From the NCBI GenBank assembly GCA_044892505.1, contig CM097883.1:23188001-23252000 (forward strand): a stretch of 64,000 nucleotides of DNA. The letters run 5' to 3'. The notes below the pieces were generated by a model. That model worked only from the letters and a program-made list of their open reading frames with translations. It was not told the DNA's origin and did not search any database. Made by a program: the position numbers and the translations under genes. Origin of the DNA: Schmidtea nova (lineage: Eukaryota). Shown in pieces: positions 51,102 to 62,784 of this stretch (positions are counted from its first letter, which is position 1; each line of letters begins with the position of its first letter).

Positions 51102-51382
51102 TCACAACATCATTTTCTGCACCATTTGTTCGAGTTGCCGGAACGAATACTTTTTCAAACGATGCTCAATTCCTGCTTCCAGATCACAATAGAAGCGTTC
51201 CAATTGACCAAGGAAGCCAAAATGCGGGTCAATTATCGGCCGTTTCGATTGTAAAAACATAATTGTTTGTAAAACATTTAAATCGGTGTGTTTTAATAGA
51301 TAAGCTGCGACAATAGTAGCAGATCGAGAAACTCCAGCCCAACAATGGACCAAAATTTTCCCGTTTTTTGAAAAAGCTTCAT
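51102..51382 (-). CDS. Dual-specificity (MAPK) phosphatase, catalytic exon
   Basis: TTTTTTAG acceptor; (D)EAFSKNGKILVHCWAGVSRSATIVAAYLL...RPIIDPHFGFLGQL contains HCxxGxSRS; phase matches the exon at 58377. Confidence 0.85.
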
Positions 51383-52564
51383 CTAAAAAAACAGCTTTTG
51401 AAAATATTTTTAGAATATTTTAACATTTTAATAAACTTTCGAGGATCGAATTTTGCAATTAGTACAGGTGAGGTTGCAAATTTAAAATTTTACGTTTTTT
51501 ACCATAATTATTTTTTGGTTTCACCTATGATCTTTTTTATTTATATCAATAAGTTCCATAATTGTATGACTAGATCAAAAAACGTTTTTGGGTTTTGTGG
51601 TTGTTAAGTAGACGAAAATATTTTATTTTACAAAAATTGATAACACGCATGAAGTAAAAGTAAACATGGAACTAAGTTAACGATTTGCAATGTTCAATTG
51701 ATATGAAAACCTGATAAGTTTTTTATACAACACAGTTTAAAATCAAGAACTCTGTCAAACTAGGAAAATAGATTTGTAAAAGGCCTTTTATTTAGGACCT
51801 TAACCATAAAACCAATTATTTATTAAAAAAATATTTATTTTTATAACAATAATTATATAAATTATTTATATAAAAATGAGAAAAGAATTAGTTCGTCTTT
51901 CTGTTTGTAACCCTGTAAATTAGAAATTAAAATTAAGCCGTTTGTTGGCAATAAAGAAAATTGGCGAGCCAGTTGCTAAATTATCACATTATTAAGAAAT
52001 AATTCAAAAATTAACCAAATTAAGAAATAGGCTATGCATTTTTGAATTTTTTACACATAGTTATGCATAAATTTGGATTGCTAAAATAATTTTCATAATC
52101 TTTAAATATTAATACAATCGTCATAATATTTTCATAATATTTACACAATAATTTTATAATATTTACATAATATTTAGATATTATGTAGTCTTTGTTGTTC
52201 CTTAACCAAGCCTTTAACATAAATAAATATTAGGATATAAAAACAATATGCATTATACATATGAATTAGATGCGAACCGGTTGTTACCGAGTTACCAGCA
52301 CATTTCCTGGTTGTGCCTTCTGCTTCAGATTTTGATCACTCAAAATAATTAAAATAATAATAAATAATTAAGAAAGTAAAATTAGAAAACTATAATTTTT
52401 ATGCTGATAAAATTTCAATTTTAGACATTTCAAAACTTGCCCTCATACATCAATCTATAAATTAAACAAAGATATTAACACAATAATTACTCCAAAGTTT
52501 ACAATCATTCGTTAAAGATGAAGTTCGCTCTTCTGAATTTTTCCACGAAAAGGATTATTTTGCT

Positions 52565-52768
52565 TTAATTAAATAGTAGTATTTTTTCAATAGACATCAA
52601 GGCTAACTCGTGAAGACAATCTTGTGACATTGTACTACGAGAATAACTTTTAATTCGTTTCAATTCTGAAGAACTTCGTTCTACCGGAACTGTAGTTAAT
52701 GGCATTGGCAAAATTAAGTCTCCAAGGTTACTCGTTTCTGAAAATACCTGTAACATAGTAGATTGCAA
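52565..52768 (-). mobile_element. hAT transposase C-terminal (hATC) remnant in the DUSP intron
   Basis: MPLTTVPVERSSSELKRIKSYSRSTMSQDCLHELALMSIE. Confidence 0.8.
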
Positions 52769-52975
52769 TGTTCACAAAGCAAAATACAGTGGTTTAGAGT
52801 GATGGTTAAATTGTTTTACATATTATTGTTATATTACAATACAGAATGCATTTTTATTAATTACCTTTAAAAAAATTTTTGTGTACAATAATAAAATTTG
52901 TAGAAATAGAATAAAAATCCTAAAAATTGTTTAGATGTTTGGTGAACAACTAGAACATCCTAGAAAAGGCCGTTG

Positions 52976-53029
<54 letters not shown>

Positions 53030-54011
53030 AATAAAATTATTATTTTACTAATTGAAATAAGAATTAAAAAATAATAAAAGGAAGGAAGTGAAACAATTTT
53101 TAACATTTTTGAAAAGCATGAAGAAAAATTAAATAATAAAAGATTTTTATCATTTATGTAATTGTAGTCAGTATTAAAATAAATAAAATTGTAATTGAGA
53201 TGATAAATAAAAGTTTACATTGTTTGAAATTCCTTATAATTACTAATCAAAGCACCTTTATAGTAAGCTTGATCTCTTTTAGTTCATTATCCACACGATA
53301 AAACCAATAACTATTTTCGCTAACTATTTTACAGCAAAATTTTGAAAAATGCGGTTTTGGTCAGTCCAGCTTTTTATTTAATAATACACCATAATTTCAT
53401 TCTGTTTCCCTTTGTACAATGCACTATAACCGTTATTATTTGAACCTCGATTATGCGGAATGAACAAAAAAGGTTTAACACCAAAAAATAGCAGATTTGT
53501 GTTAATAGAAATATTTTGAAATTTGATAAAATAAATTTAATAAATATGGATTTAAAAATTAAGGTTGTAAATTTTATTAAATTCAAAATATAAGAGTTTA
53601 AAATTTTAATTTTTAATAAAATTGAAAATATAATATTTAATCAGTATGTTGAATTACAGAATGTTGAATCATAGCTCATAAAAAATTATTTTTATTTTTA
53701 AGGTTATTTTAAGGAAAAATTATGACGCCACCATAAGGTAAAGCATTCTAAGATCAGGGTCATTTTAAGGACAAGGTCAAAGTTTTAAGGTTAAATTTAA
53801 GAGAAAAAAATTTTAAACTTAAATTTTTTCAAATACTCTCAAAAACCAACAAAAATTCAAAAATTAATAATCAACATTTATTAAAAGTACATTAAGCGAT
53901 TCTAGCACTGTTGATTTCCTAAATAGGAGACACTGCTTCTTTTGGATATACTTTATAGCCTTGAATCGATATTTCAAAAAACCAATTTTTATTATCCATA
54001 AATTCAACGGA

Positions 54012-54353
54012 TTAAAATGAGTCATGAAAATAAGTTTTCTTGTGGTTGATAAATATCGGTTCATTGCAAGATAATTTCTTGTTGATTTTCATCAACATTT
54101 TATTGATTGCAACAACATCTTCTTTATAAAGCTGACCGATTAAGTTTGAATATTGAGAAGTCGACATCTTGTGATTGTGCAGAGCAGAAGCATTTCCACT
54201 TTCGAGTTGGATGCACATGTCATGAATTAATGCCGGTATCCCCAATACTACTTCAACGGTATAACCGTATGTTAGTAAATGCAAATCTACTGTTGTCCAC
54301 TCATTAATTATTTGATTTAATAAATGATTGTCAGTTACCCATTGACAGTTCAA
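54012..54353 (-). pseudogene. polB: Decayed Polinton PolB internal fragment
   Basis: QWVTDNHLLNQIINE...YGYTVEVVLGIPALIHD matches WVTDNLDNILHD...YGYTLEVDLEIPAEIHD of the intact gene. Confidence 0.8.
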
Positions 54354-54488
54354 AATCAGATATTTGATTGGAAACCTTTACCATTTCACCAACAGCCCCA
54401 GAACCCAACACTATTATCAAAATATTATAATTATTACTATTATTAAAATATACTTAAAAAATTCTTTAAAAAATCCAATAAGTCTTAC

Positions 54489-54990
54489 ATTTGTTCATAT
54501 TCATCCTCGCGGTAATAAAAACATTTCCAGCATTACTCGTGATATTGTGCGTCGCGGCATTAAAAGTATTCACTGTGGAATCTTTCATTGCGGAATTCAT
54601 ATTTAAATATTCTAGAAAGCATTTAATAAAATTTTAAATAACAATACTTTTCTTATTCGGGCCATTACCATTTAATCCGGTGTTGATTACATTTAATTCA
54701 TTTAAACTGGTGGTCATTCCATTTCTAAAATTTCCTATAAATGTTAATAATACATATTACTAATTATAAAAGAATTTACCATTTAAGCCATTTGATCCAT
54801 TTAAAACATTTGAGCCATTTAAGTCGTTAAAATTATTGGATTTATTTAAACATTTAAGCCATTTAAGTTATTTATTCCGGTACCATTGAATCCATTTTGG
54901 ATATTAATATTGTTCATTGACATTCCTAAAAAAAATAAAATTTAAAAAAATAATAAAATAAAAAGTTCTTACTATTTCCACCGTTGACAT
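54489..54990 (-). pseudogene. Spliced Asn-rich PolB leader of a second, decayed Polinton
   Basis: GT-AG mini-introns at 54972-54926, 54779-54735 and 54668-54612, plus a donor at 54488; frame-preserving exons of 66 and 123 nt; CAGCCAAT and TATA-like motifs upstream (55100-55145). Confidence 0.55.
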
Positions 54991-55298
54991 TGGTATTTTA
55001 AATGTTTGCAATATTGTTGTACACGTTGATTATTTAAATTGATTATTGATAATTAAATTTTGGGATATAGTTAAAAGTGATTAAAATAATTAAAACATCT
55101 CTTTATATACGATCTATTGAGCAATATTTATTCAGCCAATGAAAATCGTTTATCAATTGAAAATTTTACGCTTACACATACAACATGCATTGACAAGTTA
55201 TACACACATACTGTGTGTATTGCCATACATGTCATACTTAATAATCAGTCTCACACACATGATTAATCATGCATGATGGCCGCAGAGGTCATGCATTT

Positions 55299-55470
55299 GA
55301 ATTGCAAAGCAATTATTTTCAATTGCAAAGCAATTACTTTTAATTGCAAAGCAATTATTTTTTGAATTGCAAATCAATTATTTTTTGAATTCCAGAGCAA
55401 TTATTTTTTGAATTGCAAAATTATTATTGAATTGCAAAGTAATTATTTTTGAATTGCCAAGCAATTATTT
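55299..55470. repeat. Tandem repeat, about 8 x 21-23 bp (GAATTGCAAAGCAATTATTTTT)
   Basis: Direct reading. Confidence 0.9.
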
Positions 55471-55904
55471 AGTCTATTAATTAATTTTTCAATTAATCTA
55501 AAACCCCATCAAACATTCTTTAAAAGCAAAATTTGTATGATCTGGATATGGACATGAAATATTGTCAGGAAAATCTTCAACTTCTTTAGCACTGTATTTG
55601 ATTAGTCTCAGATTTTATCTTGATCAGTGACATAGAAAATTGCACCAACATCTTCAATTTCTTTCAGAATACACGCAGAATAAAAGTGATCTTCTCATTT
55701 ATACTATTCCAATCTATCAGGTTCACTAATTCCAGTCAAGAAAGCAACATCATTATATATCCAATACTTTGGTCGAAAAATATTATTTACATTCATAATA
55801 CAGAGTTCCTTAATAATTATCCCACCTACATTATCATTATAACATAAAATATCAATAAAATAACAAGTCATTTTTCTAATAACATTTATTAAACTACATT
55901 GTTT

Positions 55905-56290
55905 ATACTTTTAACATAGAATTAAGCCATGCAAGTCAATGTTGAAGACGAGTAATTGTTAATGGATTTGATACCGAATTCAATTATATACAATCGTTTT
56001 ACCTAATGTTTATAGTTTACCAATTAATAAACCGCGGTAATAACATTCGAAGGGATCGAATGCACATACCTTACTTGGTTTAACATATACCGCAATTCAA
56101 TGTTCCCCGCCTAGAGTAGATGATTGAGTATTAACAACTATGGCTTAGTTGACATCTAAATAAAGGATTTTATCTAATGGATAGACTCCAATAAATTGAT
56201 TTCCTAATAAATGTTTTCCAATTCAATTTACCTGAATAACTAGATAAATAAATTTATTAGATAAATAAAAATCTTACTCCATGACAATTT
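55905..56290 (-). pseudogene. Decayed adenovirus-type (adenain) cysteine protease of a Polinton
   Basis: FIGVYPLDK...IVVNTQSSTLGGEH*IAVYV...AFDPF...VYN*IRYQ, not present in the ORF track because of stops. Confidence 0.75.
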
Positions 56291-56354
56291 GATGAATTTC
56301 CTTAGGTCATTGAATAGTTTTTTAAACAGAGTTCAAACCGGTGCTGTTCGATTA

Positions 56355-56950
56355 GCAGTAATTTAAATTTCATTTACAAAAACTCCATATATTATTACAT
56401 GTACAGGTTTTTCACTAGCTTTAGCGAACTTTATATCTAATCTAAAATTTTCTATTTGAGGTAATTGACTTTGATTTAAATCGAAATCCGGGACAAGAAT
56501 AAAAGTAAAGAATGGATATTTTGCTTTAAAATCAGCCAAAGATATACCACAATTCAAATTTTTATCCAGATATCCCATATTTTTGACCATCGATTGCATA
56601 CATGTAGTACAATAATTATCAATTTCAAAATCTTGAGTATATGTTTCTCGATAAATAGTGTTTTTCGATAGAGATAGGGAAGTTACATTGAAATGTTTAA
56701 ATTTCGAACTTGATGCAGTATATGACCTATTGTATTGCGTTTCACTTTGAAATCCGACCAGAATGAAATTTGGCAATCGTCAATCGCCGAATATTTGTTC
56801 TTTGTAGAAAGATAATGCACCTTTAGTAATAGCAATAAGGATCATACGAGATAGGCCAGAATTGATGATCATGATTGCTATTAAGAGAAAGAGTTGAATG
56901 CCTTCTATCGACAAAGAGGAAACCGTAATAAGGAGATTGGTATGGAGTAG
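56355..56950 (-). pseudogene. Decayed Polinton double-jelly-roll major capsid protein, C-terminal part
   Basis: PNFILVGFQ...FKHFNVTSLSL...QDFEIDNY...CGISLADFKAKYPFFTFILVPDF...FRLDIKFAK follows the Polinton capsid pattern. Confidence 0.7.
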
Positions 56951-58376
56951 TCATAATATTATATCACACCCGCCAACAAGCCGCGGTGTACATTACCAAC
57001 ATGATTGCCTGAGAATAATTGTGGGTACATGTGCGAAGGATTTAAATGTGTAAATTAGTGTAGTATAAATTAGACGATCAAAGTAAAGACCCTAGGTCGA
57101 TACATGAACACGTCAGCAAAATGTATATTCGTTAAACACGCATACCTTTTAATTTCCAATATTATATTTTTTTCAATGTTGCCCAACCTGTAAAATTATT
57201 TAACACATCAAAAATATCAAAAATAATAATTTGGCAGGTTAAAGAATCGAAAAATTATTTCTAGCTTCCTTGCAAAAGCATTAAGTCGGTTTTTATAGTG
57301 GTAAACTATTGATTACATATAATTTACTGGAATTTCCAGTAACCTTCCAAATGTTGAATAATCTTTGCCAATTTACATGGTTCTGTTTAGTCTAGTTTAT
57401 TAATACCTGAAGTTCTATAATAATAAAAAAATCTTTTAAACTTTATATGACAAGAATAAAGTGTCTTAGTTTTTGTTGTATAAGTTGGTTCTGAAATATG
57501 GGAAATACTGCAAAATTTTAAATCTTTATAAATTACAAAATAATTCTTAAAATTTGTTTTAATCATTTTTGCCAAATAGTAGAGTACTAGGAGTAGAGCC
57601 TTCGGAAATAATATCAAAATTTCATCAGGATTTTATTTCAAGTCGGAATTAGTTTTTGATTCCTCGTGCTCTTATTTAAAATCAATCAAAATCACCCAAC
57701 ACAATAACTTTCATTTAATCTAGCACAAAATTTGCTTTTCTCAATAGCATTCTATTGTTTGTACTTTTTGCTGCGATAGAGGTAAATATCCCAATGAGGA
57801 AATATCCTTTTCCTTGTACGCAGATTTGTTGATATTATCACACTGTCTATTTCTTACCTCTTCGGTAATTCTGAATTTACTCGAATTTGTTTATAGTATT
57901 CTTTATAGTATTTTTCTAATTGAATATTTTCCCAATTTTGATTTAATTACTGTCCAGTGTCTTTCAATCAATTTGCCTAAAACTAATTAATTCATTTAAA
58001 ATTTGGCTTTCCTTACCGCTCGGGTTTTCCTTTTTACTACGGGGTTTCCTGATAGTTAATTTGGTCGAGTTAATTGGAACACTCAGGCTTCCTCTTAGTT
58101 GTCTAACTTTCTTTCGTAATTAGATAATTTTGTTGATAACTCAGGTTTTCCATACCACTCATGTTTCCCATTAGCTCAGATTTTCCATTAGGTAATTATT
58201 TGTGTTTTTTTACTATTTGTTGTGTGTTTGCAAGTTCTTCTTATATTTTAGACTATTTGTCTACAGCATTATAAAATCATATTAACTGAATTAGAAACAT
58301 CTACACGGGTAAGTTTGTGTATATTTTAAATAAGTTAAAGTTTTCTTTTCAGTATAGCAAAAATAATCCTATTTAC

Positions 58377-58559
58377 CTATAAATCGGATAGCTTCTTCAT
58401 AATAAATTCGCATATCTTGATTATTGGAATCGGTTGCTGAAAGGCGTTTATATATAAAAAGATCTTCGTGATAAAAAGGTACATTAGCTGTGACGTTGAG
58501 AATGTGGGTTATTTTTTTTTCTTGTAAAATGTCAATGTCATTGGAATCCATTTCATTTC
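58377..58559 (-). CDS. DUSP exon (middle of the phosphatase domain)
   Basis: TTTCAG acceptor, GTAAAT donor, 183 nt, phase 1/1; NEMDSNDIDILQEKKITHILNVT...YKRLSATDSNNQDMRIYYEEAIRFI. Confidence 0.85.
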
Positions 58560-58644
58560 CTGAAAGTGTAATTTTCAATTATTGCCACTAAATGAAATAA
58601 TGTGCGCATTTAATCATTCAAAAATGTTTGGGGATACACTAAAA

Positions 58645-59272
58645 CAGCGGTTTTCAAACTTTATGATACTGCGACCCGCAAGAAAAAGAAAAAATTGGAG
58701 GACCCCCTTATTGCATAAAACAACAAAATAATATAAGCACATTTTCAAGTTGAAAAAAGTAATGTATTCATAGAATAAAACTAAACAAAAATTAATAAAA
58801 ATTTAGTATTTATTTATAAAAAAAATATTTAATTTGATGGATGAGCTTGTCTGTTAGCATCGTGGTGTTATTGTTGAAATAACCACCCGAAGTTCTTTTT
58901 CCACTACTAAACGAATTCGATAATTCGATTTCATGGTAGATATAGTAGAAAATTCAGTTTCGCACAAATATGATGTTACGAATGGCAAAAGTACTTTTAT
59001 AGCTCTGTCCGACAAAGTAAAATAGTCTTTTTTTAGGCTCTACCAAAAACTGAAATAATGTTTTACTATCAAATTCTTGTTGCAATGATGCATTGCATGC
59101 TATTTCTATTAGTTGTTTTTTTGGAAAGTTGTCAATTCAAATGCACCAAGTTGATTATTCAAAAATGGATTCTGGACCCATGCAAACTTTGTAAAATTTA
59201 AAGCTTCACGACCCCCTTAAGGTTATTACGCGACCGTCCAGCGGGTCACGATCCATAGTTTGGAAACCGCTA
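58645..59272 (-). mobile_element. Non-autonomous hAT (Buster/Charlie-like) element in the DUSP intron
   Basis: TIRs CAGCGGTTTTCAAACT / AGTTTGGAAACCGCTA; flanks CACTAAAA / CACTAAGC (6 of 8 match); decayed transposase C-terminus (WVQNPF). Confidence 0.75.
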
Positions 59273-59295
59273 CACTAAGCTATGTAAAATATTAC

Positions 59296-59460
59296 CTAGA
59301 AAAAGAAATGGTAATATTTCCGTTATTGAAACGTTCAAAACATTTAATGATCTGTTGGATTCATTTGTGGGACTATATTGATATTGATTGTGTTTTTCAT
59401 TGGGAATAGTTGATTCGATAAAGCTTTTTGGGTAACATTTTATATATTCCTCATATCCAC
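59296..59460 (-). CDS. DUSP exon (end of rhodanese-like domain to start of the phosphatase domain)
   Basis: TTTTAG acceptor, GTAATA donor, 165 nt; GGYEEYIKCYP...SITEILPFLFLG splices in frame to 58559. Confidence 0.85.
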
Positions 59461-59740
59461 CTAAAATAATTTAATTCAAAAAGAATTTTTTTTATATTAA
59501 AACTTAAATGCTCTAAAGCACGGGTTCTTAAAAATTTTATAGTCACGGTTCAACTAATAACCATATTTTTTTCTGTGGCCACAATTCCTTCATTATTTAG
59601 ACTTTTTTATAAAATATCAATTTGTTATTATCTTACTATAAAAGAAATAAACTTATTTATAAAAGAAAAAATAAATAAATCCATAACATTTATAAAAATA
59701 AATAAAACAATATTTTTTTAAATATATTATTGCAATATAT

Positions 59741-59945
59741 TTCAAAAGCTCAGCTGTAATCATCAGACTTAAAATAATTTTTAATTAATTTTACTAGGTT
59801 AACAAAAGTTTTATTGGAATGTGCACATGTGATTGTGTAATCACTAATTAACGTATAAATAAAATCAATTTTAATTTAATTGAATTTGTTTAAAGCCTGA
59901 TGATGACAGCTGAGTTTTCGAAATAAATTGCAACGATAAATTTAA
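59741..59945. ncRNA. Inverted pair of degenerate hammerhead-like motifs (second pLTR family); repeated near 60541-60755
   Basis: CTGATGA-TGACAGCTGAGTTTTC-GAAA on plus (about 59897) and CTGATGA-TTACAGCTGAGCTTTT-GAAA on minus (about 59775). Confidence 0.5.
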
Positions 59946-61243
59946 AAAATTGTGTTCTTTTATTTATTTGAATAAATTGATATTATNNNNNNNNNNNNNN
60001 NNNNNNNNNNNNNNNNNNNNNNNNNNNNNNNNNNNNNNNNNNNNNNNNNNNNNNNNNNNNNNNNNNNNNNNNNNNNNNNNNNNNNNNNNNNNNNNNNNNN
60101 NNNNNNNNNNNNNNNNNNNNNNNNNNNNNNNNNNNNNNNNNNNNNNNNNNNNNNNNNNNNNNNNNNNNNNNNNNNNNNNNNNNNNNNNNNNNNNNNNNNN
60201 NNNNNNNNNNNNNNNNNNNNNNNNNNNNNNNNNNNNNNNNNNNNNNNNNNNNNNNNNNNNNNNNNNNNNNNNNNNNNNNNNNNNNNNNNNNNNNNNNNNN
60301 NNNNNNNNNNNNNNNNNNNNNNNNNNNNNNNNNNNNNNNNNNNNNNNNNNNNNNNNNNNNNNNNNNNNNNNNNNNNNNNNNNNNNNNNNNNNNNNNNNNN
60401 CATTATTTAGACTTTTTTATAAAATATCAATTTGTTATTATCTTACTATAAAAGAAATAAACTTATTTATAAAAGAAAAAATAAATAAATCCATAACATT
60501 TATAAAAATAAATAAAACAATATTTTTTTAAATATATTATTGCAATATATTTCAAAAGCTCAGCTGTAATCATCAGACTTAAAATAATTTTTAATTAATT
60601 TTACTAGGTTAACAAAAGTTTTATTGGAATGTGCACATGTGATTGTGTAATCACTAATTAACGTATAAATAAAATCAATTTTAATTTAATTGAATTTGTT
60701 TAAAGCCTGATGATGACAGCTGAGTTTTCGAAATAAATTGCAACGATAAATTTAAAAAATTGTGTTCTTTTATTTATTTGAATAAATTGATATTATNNNN
60801 NNNNNNNNNNNNNNNNNNNNNNNNNNNNNNNNNNNNNNNNNNNNNNNNNNNNNNNNNNNNNNNNNNNNNNNNNNNNNNNNNNNNNNNNNNNNNNNNNNNN
60901 NNNNNNNNNNNNNNNNNNNNNNNNNNNNNNNNNNNNNNNNNNNNNNNNNNNNNNNNNNNNNNNNNNNNNNNNNNNNNNNNNNNNNNNNNNNNNNNNNNNN
61001 NNNNNNNNNNNNNNNNNNNNNNNNNNNNNNNNNNNNNNNNNNNNNNNNNNNNNNNNNNNNNNNNNNNNNNNNNNNNNNNNNNNNNNNNNNNNNNNNNNNN
61101 NNNNNNNNNNNNNNNNNNNNNNNNNNNNNNNNNNNNNNNNNNNNNNNNNNNNNNNNNNNNNNNNNNNNNNNNNNNNNNNNNNNNNNNNNNNNNNNNNNNN
61201 NNNNNNNNNNNNNNNNNNNNNNNNNNNNNNNNNNNNNNNNNNN

Positions 61244-62212
61244 ACCTTTGATCTTTTTTTATTATTATTATCAATAATTCTCATAATGACTATAGATCAA
61301 AATTTTTTTTTATAAACAATAACACAATATTTCGGCACAGCCTTTATCAAGTGTGTATTTCTATCGTTATATTTACTTAATCCTAAATAGTAGCCTTAAT
61401 TATTTTTTTAATATTTTATAATGATTTTATTGGATGAAAAAATTTATTTTATTTTAATTTTTTTTGTGCGAATTGAATGTTGATGGAAGGTTTGTATTTT
61501 TTTATGAAAAAAGTCTCGGAAGCTAATCTTTGTAATGAATTTTTGAATCCCTCTTGTAGGATCTGGCATTTTGTTTCTTCTATAGATGGAGTTGTTTTAT
61601 GTACTTTTTCCCAGTGTTCGTAATAATTACTGGTTTTGATTTTAGTATGTTCATTAAGTCGGGTGCGAAAAGTTCTATGTGTTTCTCCTATGTAAGTAGC
61701 GTCACATTTTTGACAAGAAAGTTTATATACTATATTTTTGGAAAAGCATATAAACTTTTCCAAAAATATAGTATATAAACTTTCTTGTCAAAAATGTGAC
61801 GCTACTTACATAGGAGAAACACATAGAACTTTTCGCACCCGACTTAATGAACATACTAAAATCAAAACCAGTAATTATTACGAACACTGGGAAAAAGTAC
61901 ATAAAACAACTCCATCTATAGAAGAAACAAAATGCCAGATCCTACAAGAGGGATTCAAAAATTCATTACAAAGATTAGCTTCCGAGACTTTTTTCATAAA
62001 AAAATACAAACCTTCCATCAACATTCAATTCGCACAAAAAAAATTAAAATAAAATAAATTTTTTCATCCAATAAAATCATTATAAAATATTAAAAAAATA
62101 ATTAAGGCTACTATTTAGGATTAAGTAAATATAACGATAGAAATACACACTTGATAAAGGCTGTGCCGAAATATTGTGTTATTGTTTATAAAAAAAAATT
62201 TTGATCTATAGT
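61244..62212. mobile_element. Head-to-head palindrome of a Penelope-like 3' end (GIY-YIG C-terminus plus pLTR)
   Basis: Arms of about 460-500 bp around an 8-nt loop (61747-61754); both arms encode IVYKLSCQKCDATYIGETHRTFRTRLNEH...ETFFIKKYKPSIN; flanked by N gaps. Confidence 0.8.
62144..62179 (+). ncRNA. Minimal type I hammerhead ribozyme candidate (U3-A8 variant)
   Basis: ACAC-TTGATAA-A-GGCtgtGCC-GAA-ATAT-T-GTGT: 4-bp stem I, 3-bp stem II and palindromic stem III; mirrored near 61325-61360. Confidence 0.55.
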
Positions 62213-62490
62213 NNNNNNNNNNNNNNNNNNNNNNNNNNNNNNNNNNNNNNNNNNNNNNNNNNNNNNNNNNNNNNNNNNNNNNNNNNNNNNNNNNNNNNNN
62301 NNNNNNNNNNNNNNNNNNNNNNNNNNNNNNNNNNNNNNNNNNNNNNNNNNNNNNNNNNNNNNNNNNNNNNNNNNNNNNNNNNNNNNNNNNNNNNNNNNNN
62401 NNNNNNNNNNNNNNNNNNNNNNNNNNNNNNNNNNNNNNNNNNNNNNNNNNNNNNNNNNNNNNNNNNNNNNNNNNNNNNNNNNNNNNNNNN

Positions 62491-62784
62491 GACGACCCTG
62501 ATCCTTATGGTGACGACCTGTTATGGTGGAAAAGACCCAAGGAAGGTTGGGAAAAGCCTATTGAGACTTATAAAAGAAAAGTCGTCAAAAACACGGCTAT
62601 CACAACTTGCCCTAATTATCGTATCCTAGAGGTATCTAAGAGACCTCTTATTATCTCATTCTTTGTTTATGTGGACGCACTCACAGATGAACCATTCGTT
62701 GTCAGCATCGAACCCGAAGAGTTGCAGAAAAGGAAAAATCGAATCGCCACAGTATACTATGCAAATCGACAAAATGACTCTTAA
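62491..62784 (+). CDS. 5'-incomplete accessory ORF (97 codons) upstream of a PPT and candidate LTR start
   Basis: Open from the gap edge (DDPDPYGDDLLWWKRPKEGWE...YYANRQNDS*); AGGGGGA near 62907 and TGTTAGGG near 62920. Confidence 0.4.
   Translation, partial: DDPDPYGDDLLWWKRPKEGWEKPIETYKRKVVKNTAITTCPNYRILEVSKRPLIISFFVYVDALTDEPFVVSIEPEELQKRKNRIATVYYANRQNDS

Noticed and set aside
51102-51104. Selenocysteine at the DUSP TGA
   Set aside because: No SECIS-like element recognised downstream, and the position is outside the catalytic domain.
59950-62629. Long ORFs containing X runs
   Set aside because: Artefacts of N gaps.
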